Positions 32,676-43,509 of a stretch of DNA of 64,000 nucleotides are shown here, one piece after another. Source of the stretch: Porphyridium purpureum (lineage: Eukaryota); assembly GCA_008690995.1 (NCBI GenBank), contig VRMN01000010.1:1-64000 (forward strand), given 5' to 3'. Positions within the stretch are counted from its first letter, which is position 1. Every line of letters begins with the position of its first letter. The position numbers and the translations under genes were made by a program. The notes below the pieces were generated by a model. That model saw nothing but the letters and a program-made list of their open reading frames with translations, did not search any database and had not been told where the DNA came from.

Positions 32676-34874
32676 ATGTACCGTTCGACGCGCGTGCTGA
32701 TCGTGCGCGGTATCGTGCCGAGCGTGATCTGGCCAGAGTCGGCTGCGCATGGAGCAGCGGCACTGCGGATCAGCGTGCCGAGCATGGTAAAAAAACGCAC
32801 TGTCGTGTCGGGAACGAAATACGTGACTATGGTGCAGTCAAGATCCAGCGCACCGTCACTCATGGCCTACAAGGCAACACGAGTTGCAGAAGAGAAGCCG
32901 TCTAAGCCCTCCAAGGATACGAGTGACAAAACAACAATGCCACCGCCGAGTCCCGAGACGGTGGCCACACTGGCATTGAATGAGAGCCTGCAGGTTGCTG
33001 TGAGAGACATTGATGCTGTGGGAGGTCCTGTGCAAGTCGAGAAGATGTTGGAAACATCGGAGGTGCGTTTTGATGGCACTACGTTGAGCTTGTCGCTGGC
33101 GGTGAACGAGCTCTTGTCGCACAGGACCGCGCACGCCAAACTCGCATTCGCAGTCCGTATGCTTCAGCGCGCGCGTGCGCACAATATATTTCCCGAAGTG
33201 AGAGACTTTCGTTGCGTCCTGAACCTTGCTCATCGTTTGCGCAAGGTAAATGTTGTTGAGGTGGTGAAGAAAATGGTATTGAAGCGCAAGAAGGATAGAT
33301 CCCGTCTGGGTGTAGACATCGCCACGTACATGAATCTCATTCTGCATTTGTCGGTCTGTAACAAGCCGGCTCTTCGGGACGAAGCCATTGTTGACCTGAT
33401 GTATGTCCACCAACAAGAGGGCCCGACTTTGTTCTCGCGTCTCGTAAAATACCTATTGAAGCACGGACAAGCAGAGGCTGCGAACGCAGCGTGGAAAATG
33501 GTGAGGGCGCAAACACTCTCTTCGGGTGTCGTGGTCGATGCAAGTATTCTCGACGGTGGCGCGTTGGCATGTGCCAAGATGAACAATATTGACGAGATGA
33601 TCGTGGTGCTGCGCAAGTACAAGGAGCTAAGCCTTACCCCAGCCGCGCGAGTACTTCAGGAATTCACAAAAGTTTGTATCCAAGCCAAGGACTTTGACGC
33701 CACGCGTGCGCTCATGCGCTGGACAAATCGCTTACCGGACGGAGAGTACAACATTCTCGCAGAGGAGCTCGTTGCATACATACGCGCGTCTAGAAATGAA
33801 AAAGGAAAGGATCATCCATTGTGTGCGTTAGCCGACATTCTGGTCGGCACGATGCACCTAGGTGGGAGCGAGGCCACTAGAATCTCAATTTTGCGGCTTT
33901 ACTTCAAAACATTAGGCACATTGATGGCGGACGGTAACTTGGAAGCTCCTGCAAGCGAGACTCTTGCGACTGCGTATCGTGTATTCGAATTTTGGAATGG
34001 GGTCGAAGATCGTTTGACAACAAGCCACATGGTTTACCTGGCATCAGTCGGGAAGCATCTTGACCTGGCTCTCCGCATTGTGCGATCAAAACTTGACCTC
34101 GCGTGTCGCACAGAAGCAAAGAGGGCGTTGCCATTCAAGCAGCTGCACCATAAACTCTTGCAACCGTTTGCTCTCGCTGCGGCAGTTGAGCTAAGCATCA
34201 TACAAAGCCGTGCGTACGATGCCTTGGCGTTCGTTTTCGACGGAGTTGGCGATCCTTTGCCAAAGTCCGTGGCCGCGTGGGTGGTGATACAATTTATGAA
34301 TACCTCTGACAAGTCAGGGCGTCTGGATCTTTGCACTGACATGTTGGGTGCATTTTCTCGACGTTACGGCGTGGACGTCGGCGTGTCGAACTCATACATC
34401 TATTTGAAGGGGAGAGGAGGATGCAATACCGAAGCCATCGAAGAATTCCAAAAACTACATCATGCGTCAGTTGCGAACGAAGCATCGTTTTGTGTGCTCG
34501 GTTCGGTCTTATGGAATGCCCTCGCGAAGAGCAAACATGGAAGAGATGACTCGGTCTCCACCCAGCTGGCAAAGGAAATGACGGCCCTCCTTTTTGAATT
34601 TCTCAAGAGCTTGCCAGAGCATGAGGATGCAGGTGCAGAAAAGAGAATATCCATCAATGAGGCTGAGCCGTTTGGTGAATTGGCCTACGCAATAGATGGA
34701 AAAACGGAACCCCATAGATCGGACATCTTTGAGAAACTCAATCGAGGCAACACTCGCGTTAAAGGCGAGGACTTGCGGCGCATGCGGAGCCTGCTTTCAA
34801 GAGCATTCATCCAGCACAGATTGAATCAAATTCAAGCGCAGCTTGCTGTCTTAGGAGATAGACCGGCATTATAA
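32676..34874 (+). CDS. Helical-repeat (PPR-like) protein paralog 3
   Basis: 732-aa ORF with the same motifs; Ser/Arg/Ala-rich N-terminus resembling an organellar transit peptide. Confidence 0.8.
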   Translation: MYRSTRVLIVRGIVPSVIWPESAAHGAAALRISVPSMVKKRTVVSGTKYVTMVQSRSSAPSLMAYKATRVAEEKPSKPSKDTSDKTTMPPPSPETVATLALNESLQVAVRDIDAVGGPVQVEKMLETSEVRFDGTTLSLSLAVNELLSHRTAHAKLAFAVRMLQRARAHNIFPEVRDFRCVLNLAHRLRKVNVVEVVKKMVLKRKKDRSRLGVDIATYMNLILHLSVCNKPALRDEAIVDLMYVHQQEGPTLFSRLVKYLLKHGQAEAANAAWKMVRAQTLSSGVVVDASILDGGALACAKMNNIDEMIVVLRKYKELSLTPAARVLQEFTKVCIQAKDFDATRALMRWTNRLPDGEYNILAEELVAYIRASRNEKGKDHPLCALADILVGTMHLGGSEATRISILRLYFKTLGTLMADGNLEAPASETLATAYRVFEFWNGVEDRLTTSHMVYLASVGKHLDLALRIVRSKLDLACRTEAKRALPFKQLHHKLLQPFALAAAVELSIIQSRAYDALAFVFDGVGDPLPKSVAAWVVIQFMNTSDKSGRLDLCTDMLGAFSRRYGVDVGVSNSYIYLKGRGGCNTEAIEEFQKLHHASVANEASFCVLGSVLWNALAKSKHGRDDSVSTQLAKEMTALLFEFLKSLPEHEDAGAEKRISINEAEPFGELAYAIDGKTEPHRSDIFEKLNRGNTRVKGEDLRRMRSLLSRAFIQHRLNQIQAQLAVLGDRPAL

Positions 34875-37540
34875 GTGGTCGTACGGTTTCAGCGGTCACA
34901 CGGTGCTTCGATGCACTCTTAGGACTTGGGAGGCCTTGCTTAAATTTGGAAAAGCGAAACAAGCAGGCAAGATCATCTCTCCGTCTTTTGCGTCGCACGT
35001 GCTTCTATGCCTAGAAAGCAGAGGTCCCCTGGCTCTCTGAACCAGACGCACACGCTCTTTTCAATCCGCGCATGGACACAAACTTATTGGCACTCACCGT
35101 CTGTTTTGCACCCAGAAGCAGGTTCTTCATGGTCAAAGTGACTTGAGCAAGTCGGTTGAGCTCGATTCTCTCTGGGCCAAAAATCGCGTGTCTCTGGTGC
35201 AAAAGCGGCAGGGTGCACCATAGTGTGCCTGTGCGTGACTAGTATCTGATTCCCCACGCTTGTACGCAATCTCTATCAAGACGCGCGAAAATGCCCTCTC
35301 CCGAACCTCCGCACAACCTGTTTGGCTGGCATTCGGAGCATGAACCGTGCGTTTCATTTTGCGACGCGGAAACATTTGAAACCGTCATTGGACGATCAGA
35401 GCTAAGGAAAATTGGCGTTTAGGTATGACGCTGTTGCGCCCAAATGCCGAGCCTCCGCACATGGTGCGAATCGCAGAGGCAGGACACCCTGGACCTGTGC
35501 AGCACACCGCAGCAGTGGCGTATACCTTCCCCTTGGAACATACTCAAACTATGATCCTCGCGGCTGCGGCTTCAAAGTCAAACCGCCCGTGATCATGAAA
35601 GAACCAAAGCCCATGATGTGCGTGTGGCTTGCGTAGTTCGCGCATCGTGAGAATGGATACCAATCAGGTACGCGAAAGTAAGTCTTGCCTTTGCGCAAGA
35701 TAAGGCCGAACATGAGGGACTAAACCACCCGATAAACCAGAGAGAGAATCATTCAATGCTCTACCCAGTATTTGCACAGCATAAGGAACAAGTGTGTCGC
35801 ATCCCATGCCGAATGGCACGTGCTTGGATGTGATCCGCAAGATGCTACGTCTGATCGGCCGCCAGATGGCGCTCGGGAAACGCAATGTCCACCGGCTTTG
35901 CAAGCTGTGTGTCCAAGAGTAGCGTGTGCTTTGGCTCCAGGCAAACGGTGCGCCATGTCCTTTTTGTTTGGCGCCAACAGAATCCGACTGCAACGGTGAA
36001 CGTGTTCCGCTGTCCTGATTATCTTGTGTGCCGCCCGAGCCACTCGGTGCTCGGATGGCTGCGAGCATGCAGGGTACTGGGAGCAAAGGCGGTCCCAGCC
36101 CAAAAGGGCGATGCGGAGCGGCCGAATTAGGCTCCCGCTTTCCGGCCACATTCGGTGAACGAGCCAGCGATTGAGGTACCAAAGGTGATATAAGCACCTT
36201 GTCAATTCGGCTCAATGCCAAGCACAGCATGTCGGCATCTTGGACAAATTCCCTGAGGACCAAGACCGCCGAGTTTGCGCTCGGCTGGCGATGCTCAGTA
36301 TTCGACGGGAGCTCTGGATCATCCGCGACACCAGAGTCCAGGCTGACGTCCGCAAACTCCAGTCGTACGCATGCGGCGGAAGCGGGCAGTGCTTGATCCA
36401 ACATTCGTTTGCCATCAGTCGGTGTACCCTGCTGGCTTGGCCCATGCGGCGGTGCAGTTCTATTAGCCGGTTCTCTTGGAGGGGTCAGTTCCTCAAAGGC
36501 GCCACAAAATGGACAAACCTTGGCTGTGTGCGCCATCGTCGGTGGTGTCCTTATGCACCACGTGTCACCGCGCCTCCCTGTGCGGACTGCTGCTTCATTG
36601 CTCCGTGATATCGCCACAGCAGGGCATGGCAGCACAGATGTCAAGTCATAAGGCCTCCACCGGTCAACCTTTTCAGTCCGCTGGTGGTCCAACAGGTCTC
36701 AGTCGTGGTCAGGTCACGTCTCATCGCCCACGTGGCTCATAAAGTATGACCAACTTCCACTCGAACACGCATTCACATATCGCAACATGAGAACACGTAT
36801 TTTCCACGGCAGCCAATGAGGGACGACCCACCCACGGGTGCTTATGCGCTTGAGCGCCACCTCGGCTCATGACCATCGCCACAACGAAAGTCAATTTTTT
36901 GGAGCTATAAATGTCAGCAGGACACTTTCAATTGCGCAGAGTGGCTCAGCGCAATTTTACTGTCATCAAGATTAAGAGGAGGATGGGGAGACAAACCCCG
37001 TTTCTGCAGCTGTTCAACAGTCGTGACCAAGATAGTGGCGCCAACCATCACCTTTCCGCGCGTGCGCTGAATCCAGCGGGCACTGGCAGAGTGGCCTCGC
37101 ATGGGAGGTGTTCGTCTGTCTAGCTACCATAAACCATCGGATAAAAGACTCGCGATATGAATGAGGCGGGCGCGCCCACAGGCGCAGTTGCTTTCTTGTG
37201 CACCAGCGCCGCTGACCAGCACCTTCGGCAGGATCCGCGGCGACAGCATTGGACGATCTAGCCTTCCGAAGGCGCGAATCCCGCGTCCTAATCGGTTCAA
37301 CTTTTGAGGTTCAACGGTTTCAACTCAAGCTGTACTCACTGTACCGTACTGAACCGGTTGGCGCTGCGGCGCGGGGCGGAGCGTCGTGGGCTGGGACGCG
37401 GACGGGAGTGGCACACGTACAAAGCGCGACTTGGCGGGCGGGCGGGCGGGCGGCGGCGGCGGCGGCGGCTCGACGCACCTTGCGCGCGCGGATCTCCTCA
37501 CGTTCGTGCACCGCGGGCGATCGTCCTTGATGACGGCGCG

Positions 37541-40525
37541 ATGAAGTTTTCAAAGCAGCTCCAGTACAACGCCGTGGCGGAATGGCGCCTGCAGTATATG
37601 GACTACAGCGGACTCAAGAAGATCATCACGCAGCTCCGCAAGCTGCGCGAGGCGGAGTGGGCACTCACAAATACCAGCCCAGATGAAACTGGCGAGTTCG
37701 ACGACGGGGCCGACACCAATCCGGGGTACGCGTCCAGCAGCGGAGCAGAGGAGGCCAGTGCCGGTGCCCTGAGGGTTCCGATGCAGCCGGCCTCTCAAGC
37801 GGCTGAGGCGTCCGGGGCTGGCATAAAAAGCAGTGACGATGACACGCCTGGCTCGGACCTCGACAACGAGGTCGTGCCCGCTGCCACGGTGCCCGTCTTG
37901 GACGACGATGGTCCGCCGGTCGTGCCGCTGAAGCCCGCGCGGACCGACACGCTGCGCAAGGAGCTGCGCAAGACTGCGTCAGTCTCCGTGCTTGAAACAC
38001 TGGAAGCTGAATACGTGGCGAAAAACGGAAACGATAAGGACAAACCTGACCGCAGCCAAGGGACCGCGACAGACGACTTGCAAGCCGACGTCTCGCCACA
38101 ACAGCCTCACAAGGTACACCAGACGATTCGTACGCCGCCACGTCAGCATGATGCGCTTGTCAGCCTGACCAGGACGACTGAGGCCTCCTCACTCCTTCAT
38201 CAACCAGAAGTGCCGTCGCTGGAGCGCGGTGCTGCGCCTGTGGAAGATTATCAGACCATAAGTTGGTCACATCCGGACCGTTTGTCGCACTCGTATCACG
38301 CTTCTCGCAAGGAGGACCCCGCCGATGTCAATATGATAATGAGCATGGAGCCAAAAGCGCTATCGCGCTCACGCACAGAGGCAGCGTTGACGGTTGAACG
38401 TGAGCTCGCTCGAGTTCGGTCTGAATTCGAGCGGCTCGAGCGGCAGTTCTTTGAGAAGCTTGACGAAGAGCTTCGAAAAGTGGACAAGTTTTGGGCGTAC
38501 ATGGAGGCCGAGCTTGAGCGAATCACGTATGCTTTGAGCGAGGATGCGCGGAACGCGGGCAAGGAGCACGCAGGGGAAGATGGCGCAAACACGATGCTGC
38601 GGCGCGCTCTGAGGCGGCGCTTTGTCGAGCATTATCTGGAAATCACCGAGCTGCAGAACTTTGCCGAGCTGAATCTCATGGGGGTCGAAAAGATTCTGAA
38701 AAAGCACGACAAAAATACAAGTCTCGTGACGCAGGCCGAGTATACGGCGAGCGAGGCGTTTGGCGCTTTGCGCTTTGCAAACTCGACTCGCATGCACGCG
38801 TTGCGTGCCGAAACGGAAGGTGCCTTTGCAGCACTGTTCTGGAAGCGCGATGTGGAGCGCGCGCGCGCGGAGCTGCGTGAGAGCCTGAATGAGATGGTGG
38901 TATGGGAGCGCAACACAATTTGGCGCGACATGCTGGCATCCGAGCGCCGCGTACAGGGCGCGCGCGCCGAGCGTGGTGCCGCGGGAAACCTGGGTCTGAG
39001 AAGCGCTGCCGTGCTTGGTCTCAACGGAGTCAAGTGGACTCGTCTCATGTTTTCTCTCGTGCTCTTTGCTACGGTGTGGATCGTGGCACCGCGGGTGCTG
39101 GAATTTCTTCACGCCGCCGCGCCGACCGTGGCAACCTCTGGAGGCAAACACCGCTCTTCGCATTCCAGTGCGCAACAGCACATCAATTTGGATGCTTCTG
39201 CGCGTTGTTTGGCACTCCTGACGCTGGTGGTATTGCTGTGGGCAACCGAGAGTCTACCCCTCTACGTGACCTCGTTCTTGGTGCCGGTTTTGTCCACAGT
39301 AATGCAGGTCTTTGTCGAAAGCGACGACGCCGGAGGAAGCGGAATTCCGCAACCTTTGGCTGCCGGGCATGCTGCAAAAGTTGCAGTGAGCGCCATGTCC
39401 AGCCCAACCATCCTTCTGATCATCGGCGGGTACAGCATCTCGGCGGCGCTGTCCAAGTTTGCCATTGATCGCATGGTATCGACGGCGGTCATGTCGCAGG
39501 TGCGCGACCCGTCCCAAATGCTGCTCGTTGTCATGCTTCTTGCCGTATTTTTGAGCATGTGGGTGTCCAACGTGGCCGCACCTGTGCTGCTGAACAGCGT
39601 CGTACTATCTTCGCTGCGCGGATTACCTGCCTCGTCCGCGCCGCTCGTGCGCTGCATTCTTCTTGGCGTGTGTATTGCGTCCAACATTGGGGGTATGGGC
39701 TCACCCATCGCGTCCCCGCAGAATGCGGTGGCGCTTGCACAGCTGTCGGATCTGCATCAGGTTAGCTTTATCGAGTGGATGGGTGTTGCGCTTCCTGTTG
39801 CGTTGCTCTTGGTGCTGCTAGCACACGCGATGCTCGTCGCTGTTTTTCGTCCGGGTCGCTTTGCCCTTCCGATCGTTCACAAACATGCGCTACAGGTCGG
39901 GTCACCGCATATTATTATCCTCGGCACACTGCTGATCACCATGGTGCTATGGTGCTATCGCCCGGCCACGCAGTGGTTCGGCGCGGAAGGGATGGTCGCT
40001 GTGCTGCCGATCGTGGTGTATTTTGGCTCCGGTCTCCTGAGCAAGGAAGACTTCAATAACTTGCCGTGGAACGTGATTTTCTTGGTTGGAGGCGGTATTT
40101 GCTTGGGTGCCGCGGTGGGCTCTTCGGGCCTGCTGAGGGTGCTGGCCGCCGCACTGCAGGCTGCGCTCGTGGGCCGTTCGCTCTGGTTCGTGTTTTGCGT
40201 CTTCTCGGCCTTCATTTACGCAGTATCGTCCGCCATTTCCCACACCGTTTCCGCCATCATTGTTCTGCCAGTCGTCGCCGAGCTAGGCGCGGCTTTGGGC
40301 CACCCACGCTTACTGGTCATGGGTGGCGCACTGGCGTGCTCCGGTGCCATGGCTTTGCCCGTCTCGTCGTTCCCGAACATGGCCGCCGTGAGCGTAGAGT
40401 CCGAGCTCGGAAAGCCGTATCTCACGCCGGCAGATATCATTCGCATCGGCGTGCCGATGACATTTCTGGCTATGCTCATCACGCTCACGGGAGGCTACGG
40501 TCTCATGATGCTCATGGGCTTTTAA
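37541..40525 (+). CDS. SPX-domain SLC13/CitMHS phosphate transporter (Pho87/90/91, PTC-like)
   Basis: MKFSKQL...EW..QYMDYSGLKK and LN..G..KILKKHDK (SPX); LWATESLPL, SMWVSNVAAPVL, ASNIGGMGSPIASPQN, LPVSSFPNM. Confidence 0.95.
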   Translation: MKFSKQLQYNAVAEWRLQYMDYSGLKKIITQLRKLREAEWALTNTSPDETGEFDDGADTNPGYASSSGAEEASAGALRVPMQPASQAAEASGAGIKSSDDDTPGSDLDNEVVPAATVPVLDDDGPPVVPLKPARTDTLRKELRKTASVSVLETLEAEYVAKNGNDKDKPDRSQGTATDDLQADVSPQQPHKVHQTIRTPPRQHDALVSLTRTTEASSLLHQPEVPSLERGAAPVEDYQTISWSHPDRLSHSYHASRKEDPADVNMIMSMEPKALSRSRTEAALTVERELARVRSEFERLERQFFEKLDEELRKVDKFWAYMEAELERITYALSEDARNAGKEHAGEDGANTMLRRALRRRFVEHYLEITELQNFAELNLMGVEKILKKHDKNTSLVTQAEYTASEAFGALRFANSTRMHALRAETEGAFAALFWKRDVERARAELRESLNEMVVWERNTIWRDMLASERRVQGARAERGAAGNLGLRSAAVLGLNGVKWTRLMFSLVLFATVWIVAPRVLEFLHAAAPTVATSGGKHRSSHSSAQQHINLDASARCLALLTLVVLLWATESLPLYVTSFLVPVLSTVMQVFVESDDAGGSGIPQPLAAGHAAKVAVSAMSSPTILLIIGGYSISAALSKFAIDRMVSTAVMSQVRDPSQMLLVVMLLAVFLSMWVSNVAAPVLLNSVVLSSLRGLPASSAPLVRCILLGVCIASNIGGMGSPIASPQNAVALAQLSDLHQVSFIEWMGVALPVALLLVLLAHAMLVAVFRPGRFALPIVHKHALQVGSPHIIILGTLLITMVLWCYRPATQWFGAEGMVAVLPIVVYFGSGLLSKEDFNNLPWNVIFLVGGGICLGAAVGSSGLLRVLAAALQAALVGRSLWFVFCVFSAFIYAVSSAISHTVSAIIVLPVVAELGAALGHPRLLVMGGALACSGAMALPVSSFPNMAAVSVESELGKPYLTPADIIRIGVPMTFLAMLITLTGGYGLMMLMGF

Positions 40526-40678
40526 GCGGCCATGCGCAAGGGAGGAAGGGCGAAGAAGTCATTGCTTCTCTGATTTCTTTTTCGTCTCCCAGAACCAACG
40601 CTCAATACGGCAGCCCACACGCACGAGAATTTGAAGCACTTGTTTATAAAACTCAATGGTCTAGCGAGAAAGGTCCCG

Positions 40679-42253
40679 TCAGGTGCTGGGTCGCGATGCT
40701 CTGCGCGAAATGCCCAGCGCAGTACCGATCACGAGCATCAAGAGCGAAATCCCTCCCAGTGCCACCAAACCGGCTCTATGAGAGCGCAGCCAGCCACGAG
40801 CTCGGGTTGACCCGCCTTCCGCACAGCGTGCAGGACGGCTCCTCTCCTGTTGTTCCGCAAAGTCCTTGCACATGAGCAACTGCTGTTGGAGCTCTGGCGG
40901 GGCCACCAGATTCGAGTCCAGTTGGTTGGCAAGTGCGAAAAACTTCATTGCGAGTTCCAGATCTTGCTTGCCGCCATCACCAAGGCCATGATGCAGATAA
41001 AAGTAACCCAAACTGTACAATGCGCTGGCACGGCCATGTGCAGCAGCCGCTTCGCAATGCTGGACACCAAGCGCAAAGTCTTTTTCTACGCCGTCGCCGC
41101 CGCTCATGTAAATGGCTCCCAGTATTTCGTGCGCTCGAGCTGCGCATGCTGTGGGTTTCGGAATTTCGCTGGTACTGCTCTTCAATCTGCCAGAACTTTG
41201 CTCAGGAGGCCCATTCACCAATGCCTTGGTCAAAAATTTCACCGCAAGCGCATAGTTCCGCGGCATGCAGATGCCGGAGAAATGAGCCTCACCAACAATG
41301 CATTCAAAGTGCGCGCGACGCTCCTGCAGTTCCTCGACGGTATCGGCGTGTGCTTGTGTGGCCTGGTCGCTTGTAGATGATGGTGAGGTCACAGGTGGCA
41401 GCGTATCGCGAGAGCTGTCCCTCTCAAGCAGCGCCTTTTCGAGCGCCTCGAGTCTGTTAAGTGCCTCTGTGACGTGATCGCGTGTCAGATAGCTTTCTAA
41501 CTCGCGTCCTTGTGCTGACTGATTTCGTTTGTGACAACAATTAATCGCGTTTCCGTCGCTGAGAATGCTGCGCCCGGCACTTCCAACTGCATCGCCACCC
41601 AACCTGTCGACTACCTTAACCTCAACTTCTGCGCTACCGGACAGACTACCGCTTGACTGATGGCGTGACACCATGATCGGCGTAGAAGGAGCGGCAAACT
41701 CCTGGTCCAACGGAAGGTCGTCGTCACCAAGCGCGTCGCAAAGTAATGATGCCCACCATACATGCTCGACCGCGCCATTGTTGCCAGTCCGAGCGTTCTT
41801 CCGGCACATGAACGACAGTGCGCACGCCAATGCCGACCTTTCCAGCGACCAGTGTGTGAGCTGCGGCTCGATAGAGTCGTAGAGGTCCAGTTCGAGCTCA
41901 AGCAGCGTGCGCGGCTGCTTGTGCCCCAAGTCCGCACCTGCGACGCTTGGCTTGCTGTTTGCGAGTTGTGCCTTCTCGTACACCTGGACAAGCAGCATGC
42001 GCTCATCCACTTGCACGCGCAGATCAAGATTCTGCTCTGGATGTGTCTCAAACTCGACGCCGTGCGCAGGTATGTTCAATGGCACAGAGATAAACACAGT
42101 CGTGTCGGTCTGGCTCCAGGAGTACGCGCCATCGCGATCGCAGAACACACGGAAATCGCCAGCTGGCACCCCGCAATCGGCACTCAAGGCGGAGCTCGAC
42201 GCGGTTTTCATCACGGCAGCCGCGTCGTCGGCTCCGTGAACGCTACAATCCAT
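40679..42253 (-). CDS. CS (p23/NudC-like) domain + Sel1 repeats + C-terminal transmembrane anchor
   Basis: YSWSQTDTTVFISVP...LYDSIEP...W; Sel1-like LGAIYMSGGDGVEKD and ALYSLGYFYLHHG; hydrophobic tail. Confidence 0.75.
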   Translation of the reverse strand: MDCSVHGADDAAAVMKTASSSALSADCGVPAGDFRVFCDRDGAYSWSQTDTTVFISVPLNIPAHGVEFETHPEQNLDLRVQVDERMLLVQVYEKAQLANSKPSVAGADLGHKQPRTLLELELDLYDSIEPQLTHWSLERSALACALSFMCRKNARTGNNGAVEHVWWASLLCDALGDDDLPLDQEFAAPSTPIMVSRHQSSGSLSGSAEVEVKVVDRLGGDAVGSAGRSILSDGNAINCCHKRNQSAQGRELESYLTRDHVTEALNRLEALEKALLERDSSRDTLPPVTSPSSTSDQATQAHADTVEELQERRAHFECIVGEAHFSGICMPRNYALAVKFLTKALVNGPPEQSSGRLKSSTSEIPKPTACAARAHEILGAIYMSGGDGVEKDFALGVQHCEAAAAHGRASALYSLGYFYLHHGLGDGGKQDLELAMKFFALANQLDSNLVAPPELQQQLLMCKDFAEQQERSRPARCAEGGSTRARGWLRSHRAGLVALGGISLLMLVIGTALGISRRASRPST

Positions 42254-42854
42254 CGCGCATCTGTCTCTCTGTGAAGCCACCCTTCCACGCTCACTCGCTG
42301 CGCTCACATCCGCACCCGCCTCGAGCGCTCACGATATAATTAGGGTTTGTAACCCTAGCGCTGTCAAGCTGCGCGCGTGAGCGGTGCCGGTATCACCGTG
42401 TCGAGCTGGAACTCGGCGGGCGATGGGACAGCAGTGTGTGCAAAAACCAATGGCACGCGCCAGCTGGCGGCGTGATGGAAAGTTCCTGTTCAGCCTTTTT
42501 GCGTCGGGGTAACAGATGCTACGAAAAGACGAAACATGCGTCTTTGAGATTGGATATTGTGGCTGTTTAACGCTTCTCATTCTAACTAGATAACTATGAT
42601 AAAACTTCGTAACCTCCTTCCCTGCATTTACATGCTCGCTTCGCGGAACCGACGAGTGCATGCCGCGATTTCCATGCCTTTCTTGCTCTCGCGAGTCGGC
42701 TTGGCGCAAACGAGCACCGGCAAGGGGGACTCGTGCGACGCACTCGAATGCTCGCGGCGTTTCCCGGGATGCCGCGTGAATGCGTCACATTCCTGCCACA
42801 AATGACGCATTTCGTGGCGCGCAGTGCTTTGTCTATTACGTCACTTTGCGGATG

Positions 42855-43147
42855 AGTTATCAATGCTAAGCCTGTACTCTTCCTCCTTCTTACCTCTTCT
42901 GTCTCAAAGCAAGACCTAACCGGCTAGCCCGGGCAGGCGCGTCGCCTTTTTCTACCCTTACTTCCATGAGGGACAGCTAGGCGCCAAGAGAAATGATATT
43001 GCAAATCATTGTCGATTCTGCGCACGTGTAGAAGTTTGTGGAGACTCTAGAAGCTTGTAGAAACGGTTCAACGGTCTACCGGTTGAACGGCTCACCGGTT
43101 TCGAATTGACCGAACCGTTCTACTTGAATGGGGTCGAAAGGATAACA
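42855..43147 (-). mobile_element. Diverged solo LTR of the same family as 8773-9068
   Basis: Reverse-complement similarity along the full length; flanks GGATG/AGATG (4/5 TSD match). Confidence 0.85.
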
Positions 43148-43509
43148 AGATGCATCTTGGAATCCTTGCCAAAGACAAAACTACTCACAGCAGTGACACA
43201 AGCAGTTGGGAAAAACTATACAAGAATGCATCTCAGAAGCGTGGGCTGCCGGGCGGATAGTTCCAGTTAGGCGAACGGCGCCCGTCTTGGGTGGCAGTAA
43301 AGGTTGGAGCTTTGGCGAGTGGGAGATTGTTCGGGCACCGTGAGGACCTACCGCGTGCATTAAAGCTCGCGGTTCTATGACAGCACTCTCAATTCCTCCG
43401 AGGCGTGAATGAGCGAGTCGTAAAGCACAATACGTAATGAGGGAGCCCTAGAGTAACCCATTGTAGGGCTAAAAGTCCAGACTCGTGGTGATGTTAAAGG
43501 TTATCAAGA

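Noticed and set aside
35664..36692. 342-aa minus-strand ORF
   Set aside because: Non-ATG start, no recognisable motifs, and composition typical of chance ORFs in GC-rich DNA
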